From a virus (taxonomy: Duplodnaviria > Caudoviricetes): DNA of 64,000 nt. Under the pieces are notes generated by a model. It did not search any database and was not told the origin of the DNA. It saw only the letters and a list, made by a program, of their open reading frames with translations. The stretch is taken from the IMG/VR virus record IMGVR_UViG_3300036801_000104, positions 911 through 64,910 of that record. The stretch is one strand, 5' to 3'. Numbering within the stretch: position 1 is the stretch's first letter; the number at the start of each line of letters is the position of its first letter. Below, one piece after another: positions 39,837 to 48,216 of the stretch. Both the position numbers and the translations under genes were made by a program.

Positions 39837-41015
39837 CTATGCGGCGTCGTACTCTGCCGTATTGGCTTCCAGTTCTTCCCGCAGCGACTTCGCCCGGCCG
39901 CGGATATCATTTGGCGACTGACCTGACCCCGGAGAGCCGGTGACGCTCGATGACGCCCGTTGAGCTTGTGCTGCTTTCGCTTTCCGGTCGGCTGCCGCTT
40001 TCTGCTTGGCCTGCGCCTCTGAGGCAGCAAGCAGCTTCGCGCGGGTCTCGCGGTTGGCGTATGCCGCCCTGTCATACAGGTCGGCCAGATCGATGGTTTT
40101 GCCTTGGGCTTGATCAAGCCGGGCCAAAGCCATCATGTCTTGTTCCAGTTCGGAGAAGTAGGGATGCGCCAGGTTACCGGCAGCATCTTTCTCCTGCGCG
40201 AACGTACCGATCTGCCGCTCGGCAGTCGAAAGGCGCTCGGTTTGCGTCGCGCGCTCGGTGTTGGTTTTCCACTCCTCAAGGGAGTTGATCTTCTGCAGCA
40301 ATTCCTGCGGAATCGCGGGAGCTGGCGGGGCCGCAGCCTCATTCGTCTGCCAGACTTGGCCTTGCAAGATGGTCGCGACCGCGACCGGGTCGACTCGGTA
40401 TTGCTGAATCATTCTGGCGACCAAGGTGGCTCCCTTGTCGTTTGGTCGCCCCATCTGCGCGTCCTGGAGCCCCTCCTGGAATCCGCGCTCCACCGAGGCC
40501 CATGCCTTCACGACATCCGATGCCGTCTGGTTGCGCTGCCGCAATACCTCCGCATAGGGTTTGAACACCTCTTCGGCGGCTCCGAACTGCTTCTCCAGCT
40601 CGGCCGCCCGCATCAGTTTTGGGGTAAACCCGGCCTCGATGGCCTTGTATCGGTCGACGACAGCCTGACGGTGCTCGGCGGGCAACTTGGCGACGAGATC
40701 CTTATCGGCCTGCGACCAGTGCGCGGGAACATCGACCTTCGGTTCCGTAATTGCCGGGGCTTCCAGATCGGCTTCGCCTTCTTCGGGCTCGGTCTCGGTC
40801 TCGGACGGCTCCTCTTCGGTCTCCTCGGGCTGCTCTGCGTCCTTGGGCAGGAACTTGCCGTCTGGGCCGCGCGGGCGCTCGCCTGATGGCGTCTCTGGCT
40901 TTTCTGGGGTATCGGTAGCCGCTTCCGGCTTTCCGCTCTGTACGGGCTCCGCCGCGGTTTCCGATGCGGTGACCGTCTCGGCCAGCAGATTGCGCAGCTC
41001 GGAGGGCTCAGCCAT
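39837..41015 (-). CDS. Capsid scaffolding protein
   Basis: Acidic N-terminus, RGPDGKF, PAHW, helical body, C-terminal SLREEL. Confidence 0.8.
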   Translation of the reverse strand: MAEPSELRNLLAETVTASETAAEPVQSGKPEAATDTPEKPETPSGERPRGPDGKFLPKDAEQPEETEEEPSETETEPEEGEADLEAPAITEPKVDVPAHWSQADKDLVAKLPAEHRQAVVDRYKAIEAGFTPKLMRAAELEKQFGAAEEVFKPYAEVLRQRNQTASDVVKAWASVERGFQEGLQDAQMGRPNDKGATLVARMIQQYRVDPVAVATILQGQVWQTNEAAAPPAPAIPQELLQKINSLEEWKTNTERATQTERLSTAERQIGTFAQEKDAAGNLAHPYFSELEQDMMALARLDQAQGKTIDLADLYDRAAYANRETRAKLLAASEAQAKQKAAADRKAKAAQAQRASSSVTGSPGSGQSPNDIRGRAKSLREELEANTAEYDAA

Positions 41016-41029
41016 AAATCACACCACCC

Positions 41030-41239
41030 TTATTTACGCGCAAATAGTTTGCACCAATCTTCAGGATATATCGTACCTATCACGAGTTCGCACGACTCTG
41101 GCCGCCTAAAATGCCGGCACATCCCGCAATGATTGCGCTTCGCTGCGGGGCGCTCATATTCAACTGACGCCTTAGGTATTTTTGCGGCCCTGACGATTGT
41201 GGCGCGTAGCGCCTGCAGCCCTTTGCTTGACATCAGCAC
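41030..41239 (-). CDS. HiPIP-like four-Cys protein
   Basis: VEY...CGMC...C.LVIGTIYPEDWC. Confidence 0.65.
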   Translation of the reverse strand: MLMSSKGLQALRATIVRAAKIPKASVEYERPAAKRNHCGMCRHFRRPESCELVIGTIYPEDWCKLFARK

Positions 41240-41634
41240 TCCGGCTTTCTGACGGTCTTTTGCGCCTTCGCTTCCGCACCACCGGATCGGCCCTCAGCCT
41301 CGCGGGTTGCCGACTCGACATCGTCGCGCACCGATTGCTTCCCGTTAGAGGCTTTGGGCTCCGCGCCCATGTGGTGGATCACAATCTCGATTGAGTGCAC
41401 TGGCCCCTCGCCCCCGTCCGATCGCGGCTCTTCGCGCGAGCTGACGACGCGAGCATGGCCCTGCACATGGTATTCGTCTCCGGTCGCCGGCGGCTTTGAC
41501 ATGCCGATCTTTTGCATCCGATCGTGATCTAGGCGAACGCGCGGGCCTTCCTCCTCGCCGCCCCAGGCGCCCACCACCATGCCTTCCTTGCCTTTGCCTT
41601 TCGGCTTGGCGCGGCCCATGTCGACGATCTTCAT
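41233..41634 (-). CDS. Phage head-associated protein (capsid staple-like)
   Basis: MKIVDM...RVRLDHD..KIGM..P..GD. Confidence 0.5.
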   Translation of the reverse strand: MKIVDMGRAKPKGKGKEGMVVGAWGGEEEGPRVRLDHDRMQKIGMSKPPATGDEYHVQGHARVVSSREEPRSDGGEGPVHSIEIVIHHMGAEPKASNGKQSVRDDVESATREAEGRSGGAEAKAQKTVRKPEC

Positions 41635-41966
41635 AACGGCACTTCCGCCTTTCCTGCTCGTTCGCTCGCCGCTCGTGCCTCGGCATGGGTTTCCGGCGAC
41701 GCCTCTAGCGCCGCGATGGCGTCCGCCCGTATCGACGGCAGTGGTTCACGTGAAACCCGCGGCATCTCGTTCCCGACCTCGATACAGCCATGCTGCCGTA
41801 AGTGCTCGCGGTGCTGCGACCGGGAAGTGATCATTTCCCCTGTCACGATGGATGGGTATTCCCTCAGGTCCGACATGATGTAAGGGCCGCGGCGCAGCGG
41901 CAGCGGCGCGTTGAGATCGACCTCGACCAATTCCCCGTTGCGGAATACCCACCTGCGGCGCGCCAT
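41631..41966 (-). CDS. Phage hypothetical protein
   Basis: TGEMITSRSQHREHLRQHGCIEVGNE. Confidence 0.7.
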   Translation of the reverse strand: MARRRWVFRNGELVEVDLNAPLPLRRGPYIMSDLREYPSIVTGEMITSRSQHREHLRQHGCIEVGNEMPRVSREPLPSIRADAIAALEASPETHAEARAASERAGKAEVPL

Positions 41967-42305
41967 CTAACTAGATCTCGCAAACGCCCGGACGACAGCC
42001 ATGATATCTTGCTTGGGAGACAGCAATTCACCGCATGTGTGGGTATGCCACAAAACCCGATCCGGCGGAATCGTTGGCTCAAGAGCAGGGACAACAGATC
42101 GCTCGATATCCTCTTTCGACCGTCTTTGCTGCTCGCTTAACATCGATTGAACATCTGCATGATATTCCGGAGGGGCATCGCAGGCGCCCGCTATAGTCCC
42201 CCTAAGATCCCGATTGGCCATCAGATACCAGATCAGTATTGAGTCGCCCCATGGCCTCATCAGGGTTGCGTCCCATAAATCGTGAACGGCTCGACTGTGT
42301 TGCAA
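41967..42305 (-). CDS. Hypothetical protein
   Basis: ORF in the operon; start uncertain. Confidence 0.45.
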   Translation of the reverse strand: MQHSRAVHDLWDATLMRPWGDSILIWYLMANRDLRGTIAGACDAPPEYHADVQSMLSEQQRRSKEDIERSVVPALEPTIPPDRVLWHTHTCGELLSPKQDIMAVVRAFARSS

Positions 42306-42886
42306 TTTGCCTTCGTGATGCCGGTCGGGCCGATGACGAGTTTATCGCCGCTAATCGCAAGATCGGTCGGCGCCGGTGCCCCAAATGTATAGGTGACCGG
42401 TTTCCCGTTCCCGCCTGTTATGCCCATCGTCATTATCACTCTGCCGGGAGCCCACGCACAATCGGCCATTACTCCTGTGACGCCAACCCGTAATGGAGCT
42501 ACCGAGATTTCGGCGCTTTTAGCGGGAGAGGTCCAGCTGTTGTTGGTAAAAAACCTGACTTCGTACTGCCCAGGTTGTGTCGGCACAACAAGGTGCACAG
42601 TCCCGGATGTAACGCCCGTCGCGGGAAAGCCGGTCGCCAGATCGGTCGAAAGCCACTTCCACGACAGCCGCCGGCTGGTCTGGGCAACCGCGCCAACAGC
42701 ATAAACCCCGAGCCAATCCCCCCGATTGCCTGGACCTCCGGTCACCGTGGCAGAGATTGCAGCGCCTGCCGGGACCGTCAGCGGACCTCCGCTAGGTGGG
42801 CCACTAGCAGTCACGGTCGGAGCGGCATGCGCCGAGTAGGCCCCCAGAGCGAGCGCAGCAATCGCCACACCGAGGGCTCTATTCAC
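42260..42886 (-). CDS. Secreted two-domain Ig protein; C-terminal cadherin-like domain ends at GTQP
   Basis: Signal ...SAHA; DWLGVY..PGQYEVRFF Ig; LAISG.KLV...FTIYGTQP. Confidence 0.7.
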   Translation of the reverse strand: MNRALGVAIAALALGAYSAHAAPTVTASGPPSGGPLTVPAGAAISATVTGGPGNRGDWLGVYAVGAVAQTSRRLSWKWLSTDLATGFPATGVTSGTVHLVVPTQPGQYEVRFFTNNSWTSPAKSAEISVAPLRVGVTGVMADCAWAPGRVIMTMGITGGNGKPVTYTFGAPAPTDLAISGDKLVIGPTGITKANCNTVEPFTIYGTQP

Positions 42887-43113
42887 TACGCACCCGTCTC
42901 CGGAACGCCATCAGTCTCGGCCGGATATTCGGGTAATTGTGGCAATACGCCATCCGTCATCAACGCCAACGCGAAAACAATGACCACATCCGGGCTGCTC
43001 ATCACCTGGAGCGCCTCCAAATATCGCCCGGCAGACACCGCGCGATGGTGATTTTTCGCCCACTCGACCAAGAAAGCGGCGTCTCTGCGGGCTCTTTTGT
43101 AATCCGTGATCAT
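42886..43113 (-). CDS. Hypothetical protein
   Basis: Coupled ORF. Confidence 0.5.
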   Translation of the reverse strand: MITDYKRARRDAAFLVEWAKNHHRAVSAGRYLEALQVMSSPDVVIVFALALMTDGVLPQLPEYPAETDGVPETGA

Positions 43114-43128
43114 GGGCCAGTGGTCCAG

Positions 43129-43473
43129 CTAAATGAAATCCTTCATCGCCCACATATGGCTTTCTTCAAGCGCCATTGCGGCCCGGCCGCGGGTTCCGCT
43201 ATTTCCCGGCATTTTCTGTAGCAGAGCGTCCAAATCCTCAAACGCATCCGTAATCTCATCCCGAAGCTTTAGCTGGTCGGGCACCAGCTTGCGCTCCTCG
43301 GGCCTGAACTTGGTCGCCGGGCGACGGCGGGGGACGAGGCGCGCTGCGGGGTTATCGTGGTGATCCATCGCGTGGCCATCATCAATTGCGCGTTCCTGGC
43401 GCTTGGCCGGAGTGGATGCCTCCTCCCGCGACGCCCGCGATGGGTGATCGTGTTTGTCCTGACTGGTGTTCAT
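43129..43473 (-). CDS. Acb2/Tad1-like helical hairpin protein (candidate nucleotide sponge)
   Basis: KFRPEERKL...LRDEI...RAAMALEESHMWAMK; AGGAG SD. Confidence 0.5.
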   Translation of the reverse strand: MNTSQDKHDHPSRASREEASTPAKRQERAIDDGHAMDHHDNPAARLVPRRRPATKFRPEERKLVPDQLKLRDEITDAFEDLDALLQKMPGNSGTRGRAAMALEESHMWAMKDFI

Positions 43474-43489
43474 CTTTTCTTCTCCTGGG

Positions 43490-44236
43490 TTAAACGAGTC
43501 CCTGCATCTCACGCGACTGCATGTGTGAGATTTTGGCTTGCTCAAGCTGCTCTTTGCCTTGCATCTCGCGGCCCCGCATCGCCAATTCCGCCGCAGCCTT
43601 GTCCTGCTCAGCTTGGAGCTTGTCGGCCGCGATCTTCTGCTGCGCCTGGACCTGCTGCATCTTAACGGCGTTGGCTTGCTGGTCGGTCTGTAGCTTGACC
43701 GCGCTGGCTTGCTGGTCCGTTTGCATCTTGCCTTGCGCTTCTTGCAATTGGGCCTGGATCTCCATCGGAGATTTGCCCCCGCCCTTTTGTGGCGGCGGCT
43801 GACCAGGCGACTGCAGCATGTGCTCCATCGCCGTCTCGAATGAATCCTCAAGCTGCCGCGATGTCGGAAAGGCCCGCACCCCAAACATGATCAATTCAGA
43901 GATGAGCGGCTTGAAGTCCGGATTCGACTGCGCCAGCGGCACCATTGCCTCCATAAACGGCGTAATCGCCTGGAGGAATTCGGTGCGCGATTGCTTTTCC
44001 GCCTGCTCGTCGGCCGCAACCGTCGAATCTGCCTCAATGTCGATCTTGTAGGACTTGGCCGCGTCCGTTTTGATCAACTCGCACGCAGCCATGAACTGCT
44101 TTTGCCGGCGCGTCATCTCCTGGTCGCGCATCTGCTTCAGCTGCAGCCACTGCATGAATGCCGGATTTGGCATCATCGCGGGCTGCTGGGGCGACATTTG
44201 CGGCCCAGGCTGGGGCATGCCGCGCAACTCGCTCAT
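43490..44236 (-). CDS. Portal protein, C-terminal part
   Basis: LIKTD..SYKIDIEADST..DEQAEKQSRTEFL, followed by a Q-rich coiled-coil barrel. Confidence 0.85.
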   Translation of the reverse strand: MSELRGMPQPGPQMSPQQPAMMPNPAFMQWLQLKQMRDQEMTRRQKQFMAACELIKTDAAKSYKIDIEADSTVAADEQAEKQSRTEFLQAITPFMEAMVPLAQSNPDFKPLISELIMFGVRAFPTSRQLEDSFETAMEHMLQSPGQPPPQKGGGKSPMEIQAQLQEAQGKMQTDQQASAVKLQTDQQANAVKMQQVQAQQKIAADKLQAEQDKAAAELAMRGREMQGKEQLEQAKISHMQSREMQGLV

Positions 44237-44442
44237 TGCGCTTCGCGAGCCTCTCTAAACAGGGTTGCGCGATCGGCGTCAGATAGGCCGTTAAGGGCGC
44301 CCTTTGCGTCCAATTTGGCCAACTCCGTCTCGGAATATAGGGGAGTACCGCGGCTGCGGAGATAATCAGCCCACGGCGACGATAGATCAGCCCTGCCACT
44401 CTTCCAGATAGCGGGATCGTATATCACGTGGGTCGTCTTCAT
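44233..44442 (-). CDS. 69-aa hypothetical protein inserted within the portal gene
   Basis: ATGA overlaps at both ends; AAGGAG SD. Confidence 0.6.
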   Translation of the reverse strand: MKTTHVIYDPAIWKSGRADLSSPWADYLRSRGTPLYSETELAKLDAKGALNGLSDADRATLFREAREAQ

Positions 44443-45992
44443 GCTGCTGTCGCTCCTTGCATTGCCGGATGCGGCACGACATTGCCCATCGGCTGCGGTT
44501 GCGGCGGCGGCGCCGGGATCATCATCTGCGGCGGCGGTGGCGGCAGCTCCGGCAACGGCTCAGGCAAGCCGGTCATTTCCATCAGCGTTTCCGCTGAGAA
44601 ATGCGCCGCGATCACGAAACCGCGCAGCCGCATCAAGTCCCGCGCAAACCGCGCCACCTGCTTCTGCGCCTTCGAGATGCGCCGCGTCGCAAACTGCGAT
44701 TTCAGCTGCTGCGCGCCTAACGTTTCGTTCGGATTGGTCTCACCCCGCAGAATGTCGGCCATTCCGGTGATCTGGTAGAGCGTCTGCAATACCTTATCGC
44801 GCGCTTCGTGCAGCCCGATCAGCACCTTTGCGATTTGCTCAATCGGCAACCAATGAATCATGTTCTGAAGGCCGCCCTTGTCCATGAAGGCCGCCCAATT
44901 CTCGATTGGAATCAGCTTGTTTTCCGAACTTTCGTCGACTAGCTGGGTGATCGTCGCCTTTTCGGACCCAGGATAGATGCCAGCGACCTTTAGCACGCTC
45001 TGTAATTTATCAATCCGCGCCGTCAGGATGTCGAGTTCAACCGCTTGATCCTGATATTCGGCAAAATCAGGGACCGGCGTAAGCGTCTCATTAGTGGTAG
45101 TGGCAGATAACGGCCGCGGGGACGGAAAAAACCCAGGAAGCCCAAGGGGATCGTCCTTCGTATCGCAGGGAGCGTCCTTGTATGACGTAGCGATCCATAT
45201 GACACGCTGCTTTTTGCCATCCCAGATTTCCCATACCTGCGCTTTTTTGAAGGCGTCGGCCTGGGGTCCATCAACGCCATCCTCGCCAACGCCCTTCGGT
45301 GAGTAATCCAAAGTTACCGCGTTGCCAATTTTGGCTCCAAACCGACCCTTCAATTCGTCGCGCGTCATGTAGGTCCGGTACGCCTTCCACCACACCTCTT
45401 TGTGGTTGCGCGCCGGGCTCTCGCGGTAGTCTTCCCAGAACACATAGCGCACCGGAGCGCGTTCGCTGCTTACGGGTCGAAAGGTCGGCCGGTCCCCCGT
45501 CTCTTCGTCCGGCTCGGCGTCGGGGTCTTCTTCAGGATCACCAAATTTTGCTTCGTAATATACACGGGCCACCCCTCGGCCGGGCAGGAGTCGATCCTCG
45601 ACGACAGCCTCCATAACTTCGCTGAACTCGTCGAGGTCATCTTCATACGATAGCGCTCTCTCGATAATTTCGGCCCCAATCCTTGCCACGTCGTCATTGT
45701 TCTTGTGTCTCCTCTCCACGTCTGGCTTGGGCGTCCGGCCATAGAGGATCGGCTTCAGCGTCTCGACGTTCGCCCATAAGATGTTGAACCGCGCGCCCTG
45801 CTTGCCGGTCAGCGCCCGCTCATCACGGTAGCGCTTGACGACCTTGCGGCCCCGCCTGATCCATAGCCGGTCCTCGCGCTCGGCCAGCCTGAGTTGCTGC
45901 AGCCAAAACCGCACGACATCGCCCGGCTCGTCCCCGATGTCGGCGCGCGTCTCGATCGCGCCAGTCGACCCGCCGTAGGTTTGTTCAGCCAT
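44439..45992 (-). CDS. Portal protein, N-terminal part
   Basis: FNILWANVETLKP, DRLLPGRG, VWEIWD, YQITGMADILRG and ETLGAQQLK. Confidence 0.9.
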   Translation of the reverse strand: MAEQTYGGSTGAIETRADIGDEPGDVVRFWLQQLRLAEREDRLWIRRGRKVVKRYRDERALTGKQGARFNILWANVETLKPILYGRTPKPDVERRHKNNDDVARIGAEIIERALSYEDDLDEFSEVMEAVVEDRLLPGRGVARVYYEAKFGDPEEDPDAEPDEETGDRPTFRPVSSERAPVRYVFWEDYRESPARNHKEVWWKAYRTYMTRDELKGRFGAKIGNAVTLDYSPKGVGEDGVDGPQADAFKKAQVWEIWDGKKQRVIWIATSYKDAPCDTKDDPLGLPGFFPSPRPLSATTTNETLTPVPDFAEYQDQAVELDILTARIDKLQSVLKVAGIYPGSEKATITQLVDESSENKLIPIENWAAFMDKGGLQNMIHWLPIEQIAKVLIGLHEARDKVLQTLYQITGMADILRGETNPNETLGAQQLKSQFATRRISKAQKQVARFARDLMRLRGFVIAAHFSAETLMEMTGLPEPLPELPPPPPQMMIPAPPPQPQPMGNVVPHPAMQGATAA

Positions 45993-46102
45993 TCACCGAT
46001 GCCATCCGATGCGCAAATCGGCACCCCCGATCATTATGTGCAGCGACCAATACCAATGATGATCGCGCGTGCGCCACCATCGGACCGGACCAAACCTGCC
46101 TT

Positions 46103-46153
46103 GCACATAAGACCAAGGGCTTGGAGCCGCACATAAGACCAAGGGCTTGGAGC
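46103..46153. repeat. Direct tandem duplication with 26-bp period (GCACATAAGACCAAGGGCTTGGAGC x2)
   Basis: Exact 25-mer at 46103 and 46129. Confidence 0.9.
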
Positions 46154-46165
46154 AGTCATTCGCCA

Positions 46166-48040
46166 CTAATGCAGGTTGAAGCAGCTGCTGGCGACATTCC
46201 ATCGGCCGACCAAAAAGCTCCCGGCAACGCTAGTCACACTATTGCAGATATTGCTGGTGGCGCCACCGGTCCCAATAAAGTTAATCGCGGCGGCCGGGGT
46301 TACGATATGTATTAGTCCGTTCTGATACCATTTACCGGAAGCGCCGCCAAGTAAGTTGGTTACGTCTGTGCCGCTACCAGTAATGGCAAAGGTAGGATGG
46401 TTCACGTCCGGCAACGATAGCGTCGCAGCATCCGCTACCGTCCCGGTCATGTTCTCTATGCCGACATTATTAGAGATAACAATTGATTCGTTGTTTGGCG
46501 TATAAGAAATCGGCATACCACCAGCATCAGCGACCGCGCTGAAGTCGTTGTTGGTGATTATAAAGTTTGGCCTTATCGGCGGCCCAACTCCGGTTGCGGT
46601 GTTCGTGAAGTGTAACGCAATGCCTACCGGTAACGCTGTGCCGGGGCAGGTGTTGAAGCGGTTCCCCGAAATGAGAAACCGCCCAATTGCGCTATTCGTA
46701 TTCGAGAGATTGATGTCTAGCGCTTCGGCTCCCGCCACCGGCGGCGCTCCCAAGTAGCCGCAAATCGACGAGTCCACCAACGAGAAGTCAAAGAACCCCC
46801 CAGTCCCGCTAGATTTCAGCTTCATAACCGGCATTGACTGCGCTGCACCAGCATGAACGGTAAACTGCACAAACGAAAGGTTGACGCAGCTTCCGGTAGA
46901 GCAATCAATCAGGACGCTTGTCTTGTTGAGGGTGGCCGCCGCCCAGCTGCCAGTGCTCTGCATGTCGATAACCCCGCCCAGGGGATCGGTCGGCTGTATA
47001 AGTAGATCATTTAACCCGGACTGATCGCCGAACACGCCCCTGAACAGGCCACCGGCCTCTTGCGCCACTCCACCTATCGCACCAGGCGCGATCTTGAACC
47101 CGATGTGGCAACCCTCGGGACCGTTTTGCGTGCCGTCGTAAGATATGCCGCCGTCATACAGCGCAAACCCGACCGAGTTAGCCGGGGCAGGCCCGGTGAT
47201 CGTGGGACAGATGATCAAGTTGTCGTTGTAAGTGTTGCCGGGAGACGCGGCTTGGACAGTAAACTTACCGTTGCTTATCCCTTCATCCGCGGGCGAATAA
47301 ATCGAATTGCGATTAAAAACGTTGCCGTCCGCTGTCGAGTCCTTCCCGCAGCAATCTACGGAATTGGCCCTCCCGCCAACCGCGATCCCGTCGAACGGCC
47401 TAATGATCGTATTGTATTCGACGCGCAGCCCGCTCTGGTATTTCCCTACCGGGGGACCGAACCGCATCGCCGCGCCAGCTGTGGGATTGGTCCCGTCCGT
47501 GGCGCTCATCTGTATACACAGCCCGACGATCGTCGCAGTCACCGCTGTGACATTCAGCATGTCGATGCCGGTGGCATTATTAATCAGCCCCCAGGGGCAA
47601 GCCCGCGACGAGGAACCGGTCGGATCTTGCGCCGTCCATCCCCCATAACGTAGCTGACCCTCAATCGAGATCGGCGCGGTGATGTTCAATGCCGCCGTGA
47701 TCAGGTACTTGTGGAGCGTGTCGAAATAGAGCGGCACGCCAGCCGCGGCGGCCCCATTGATCGCAGCCTGAACAGCCGCCGTATCATCGGTCCCGCCGTC
47801 GCCGACCGCGCCAAACACCTGTGGCGTTAGCCGCACGCCAGGGCTCAGATTGTTGAGGCATCCGGCCAGGGCGTTAAAGTTGTTCATTACCTGATTAGCA
47901 TCGGCAACCGTGCCGTTCTGCAATACCTCCGGTAGCGTACAACCCGTAACCTGTGCCCGCGTCTCGTAAAGGAATTCCCAAGAGATCGCGCCTACCACAG
48001 CCACCATCAGGGATGCGGCAAGCAGGGCGCGACGGATCAT
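46166..48040 (-). CDS. Tailspike-like beta-helix (pectate_lyase_3-type) protein with an N-terminal export signal
   Basis: MIRRALLAASLMVAVVGA; NGTVADANQVMNNFNAL; FGAVGDGGTDDTAAVQAAIN. Confidence 0.8.
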   Translation of the reverse strand: MIRRALLAASLMVAVVGAISWEFLYETRAQVTGCTLPEVLQNGTVADANQVMNNFNALAGCLNNLSPGVRLTPQVFGAVGDGGTDDTAAVQAAINGAAAAGVPLYFDTLHKYLITAALNITAPISIEGQLRYGGWTAQDPTGSSSRACPWGLINNATGIDMLNVTAVTATIVGLCIQMSATDGTNPTAGAAMRFGPPVGKYQSGLRVEYNTIIRPFDGIAVGGRANSVDCCGKDSTADGNVFNRNSIYSPADEGISNGKFTVQAASPGNTYNDNLIICPTITGPAPANSVGFALYDGGISYDGTQNGPEGCHIGFKIAPGAIGGVAQEAGGLFRGVFGDQSGLNDLLIQPTDPLGGVIDMQSTGSWAAATLNKTSVLIDCSTGSCVNLSFVQFTVHAGAAQSMPVMKLKSSGTGGFFDFSLVDSSICGYLGAPPVAGAEALDINLSNTNSAIGRFLISGNRFNTCPGTALPVGIALHFTNTATGVGPPIRPNFIITNNDFSAVADAGGMPISYTPNNESIVISNNVGIENMTGTVADAATLSLPDVNHPTFAITGSGTDVTNLLGGASGKWYQNGLIHIVTPAAAINFIGTGGATSNICNSVTSVAGSFLVGRWNVASSCFNLH

Positions 48041-48216
48041 TTTCCGAGGCGTTCAGCCTTGATCGCTTGGATGATGAACAGCACTCCCGCCGCATAAATC
48101 ATTAGCCTCCAATGCGGCCAGAAGGTAAAGGCGTAAACGCCGACGATCATGCACAAGCCAGCCAGCCCGCCATAGGTGGAGGGCTCTGCTAAGCGGGCGC
48201 TCAGCCATTTCATCAT
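48037..48216 (-). CDS. Two-TM holin-like small protein
   Basis: RLAEPSTYGGL motif plus two TMs. Confidence 0.55.
   Translation of the reverse strand: MMKWLSARLAEPSTYGGLAGLCMIVGVYAFTFWPHWRLMIYAAGVLFIIQAIKAERLGK

Noticed and set aside
43129-43884. 251-aa ORF as listed in the track
   Set aside because: The upstream part overlaps the portal C-part; the SD supports a start at 43473.
44233-44442. Group I/II intron or intein in the portal gene
   Set aside because: About 200 nt with no recognisable intron core; an intein would be in frame. The insert has its own SD and coupled start/stop.
46103-46153. CRISPR-like repeat with an internal palindrome
   Set aside because: Only two adjacent copies, no spacer and no cas genes.
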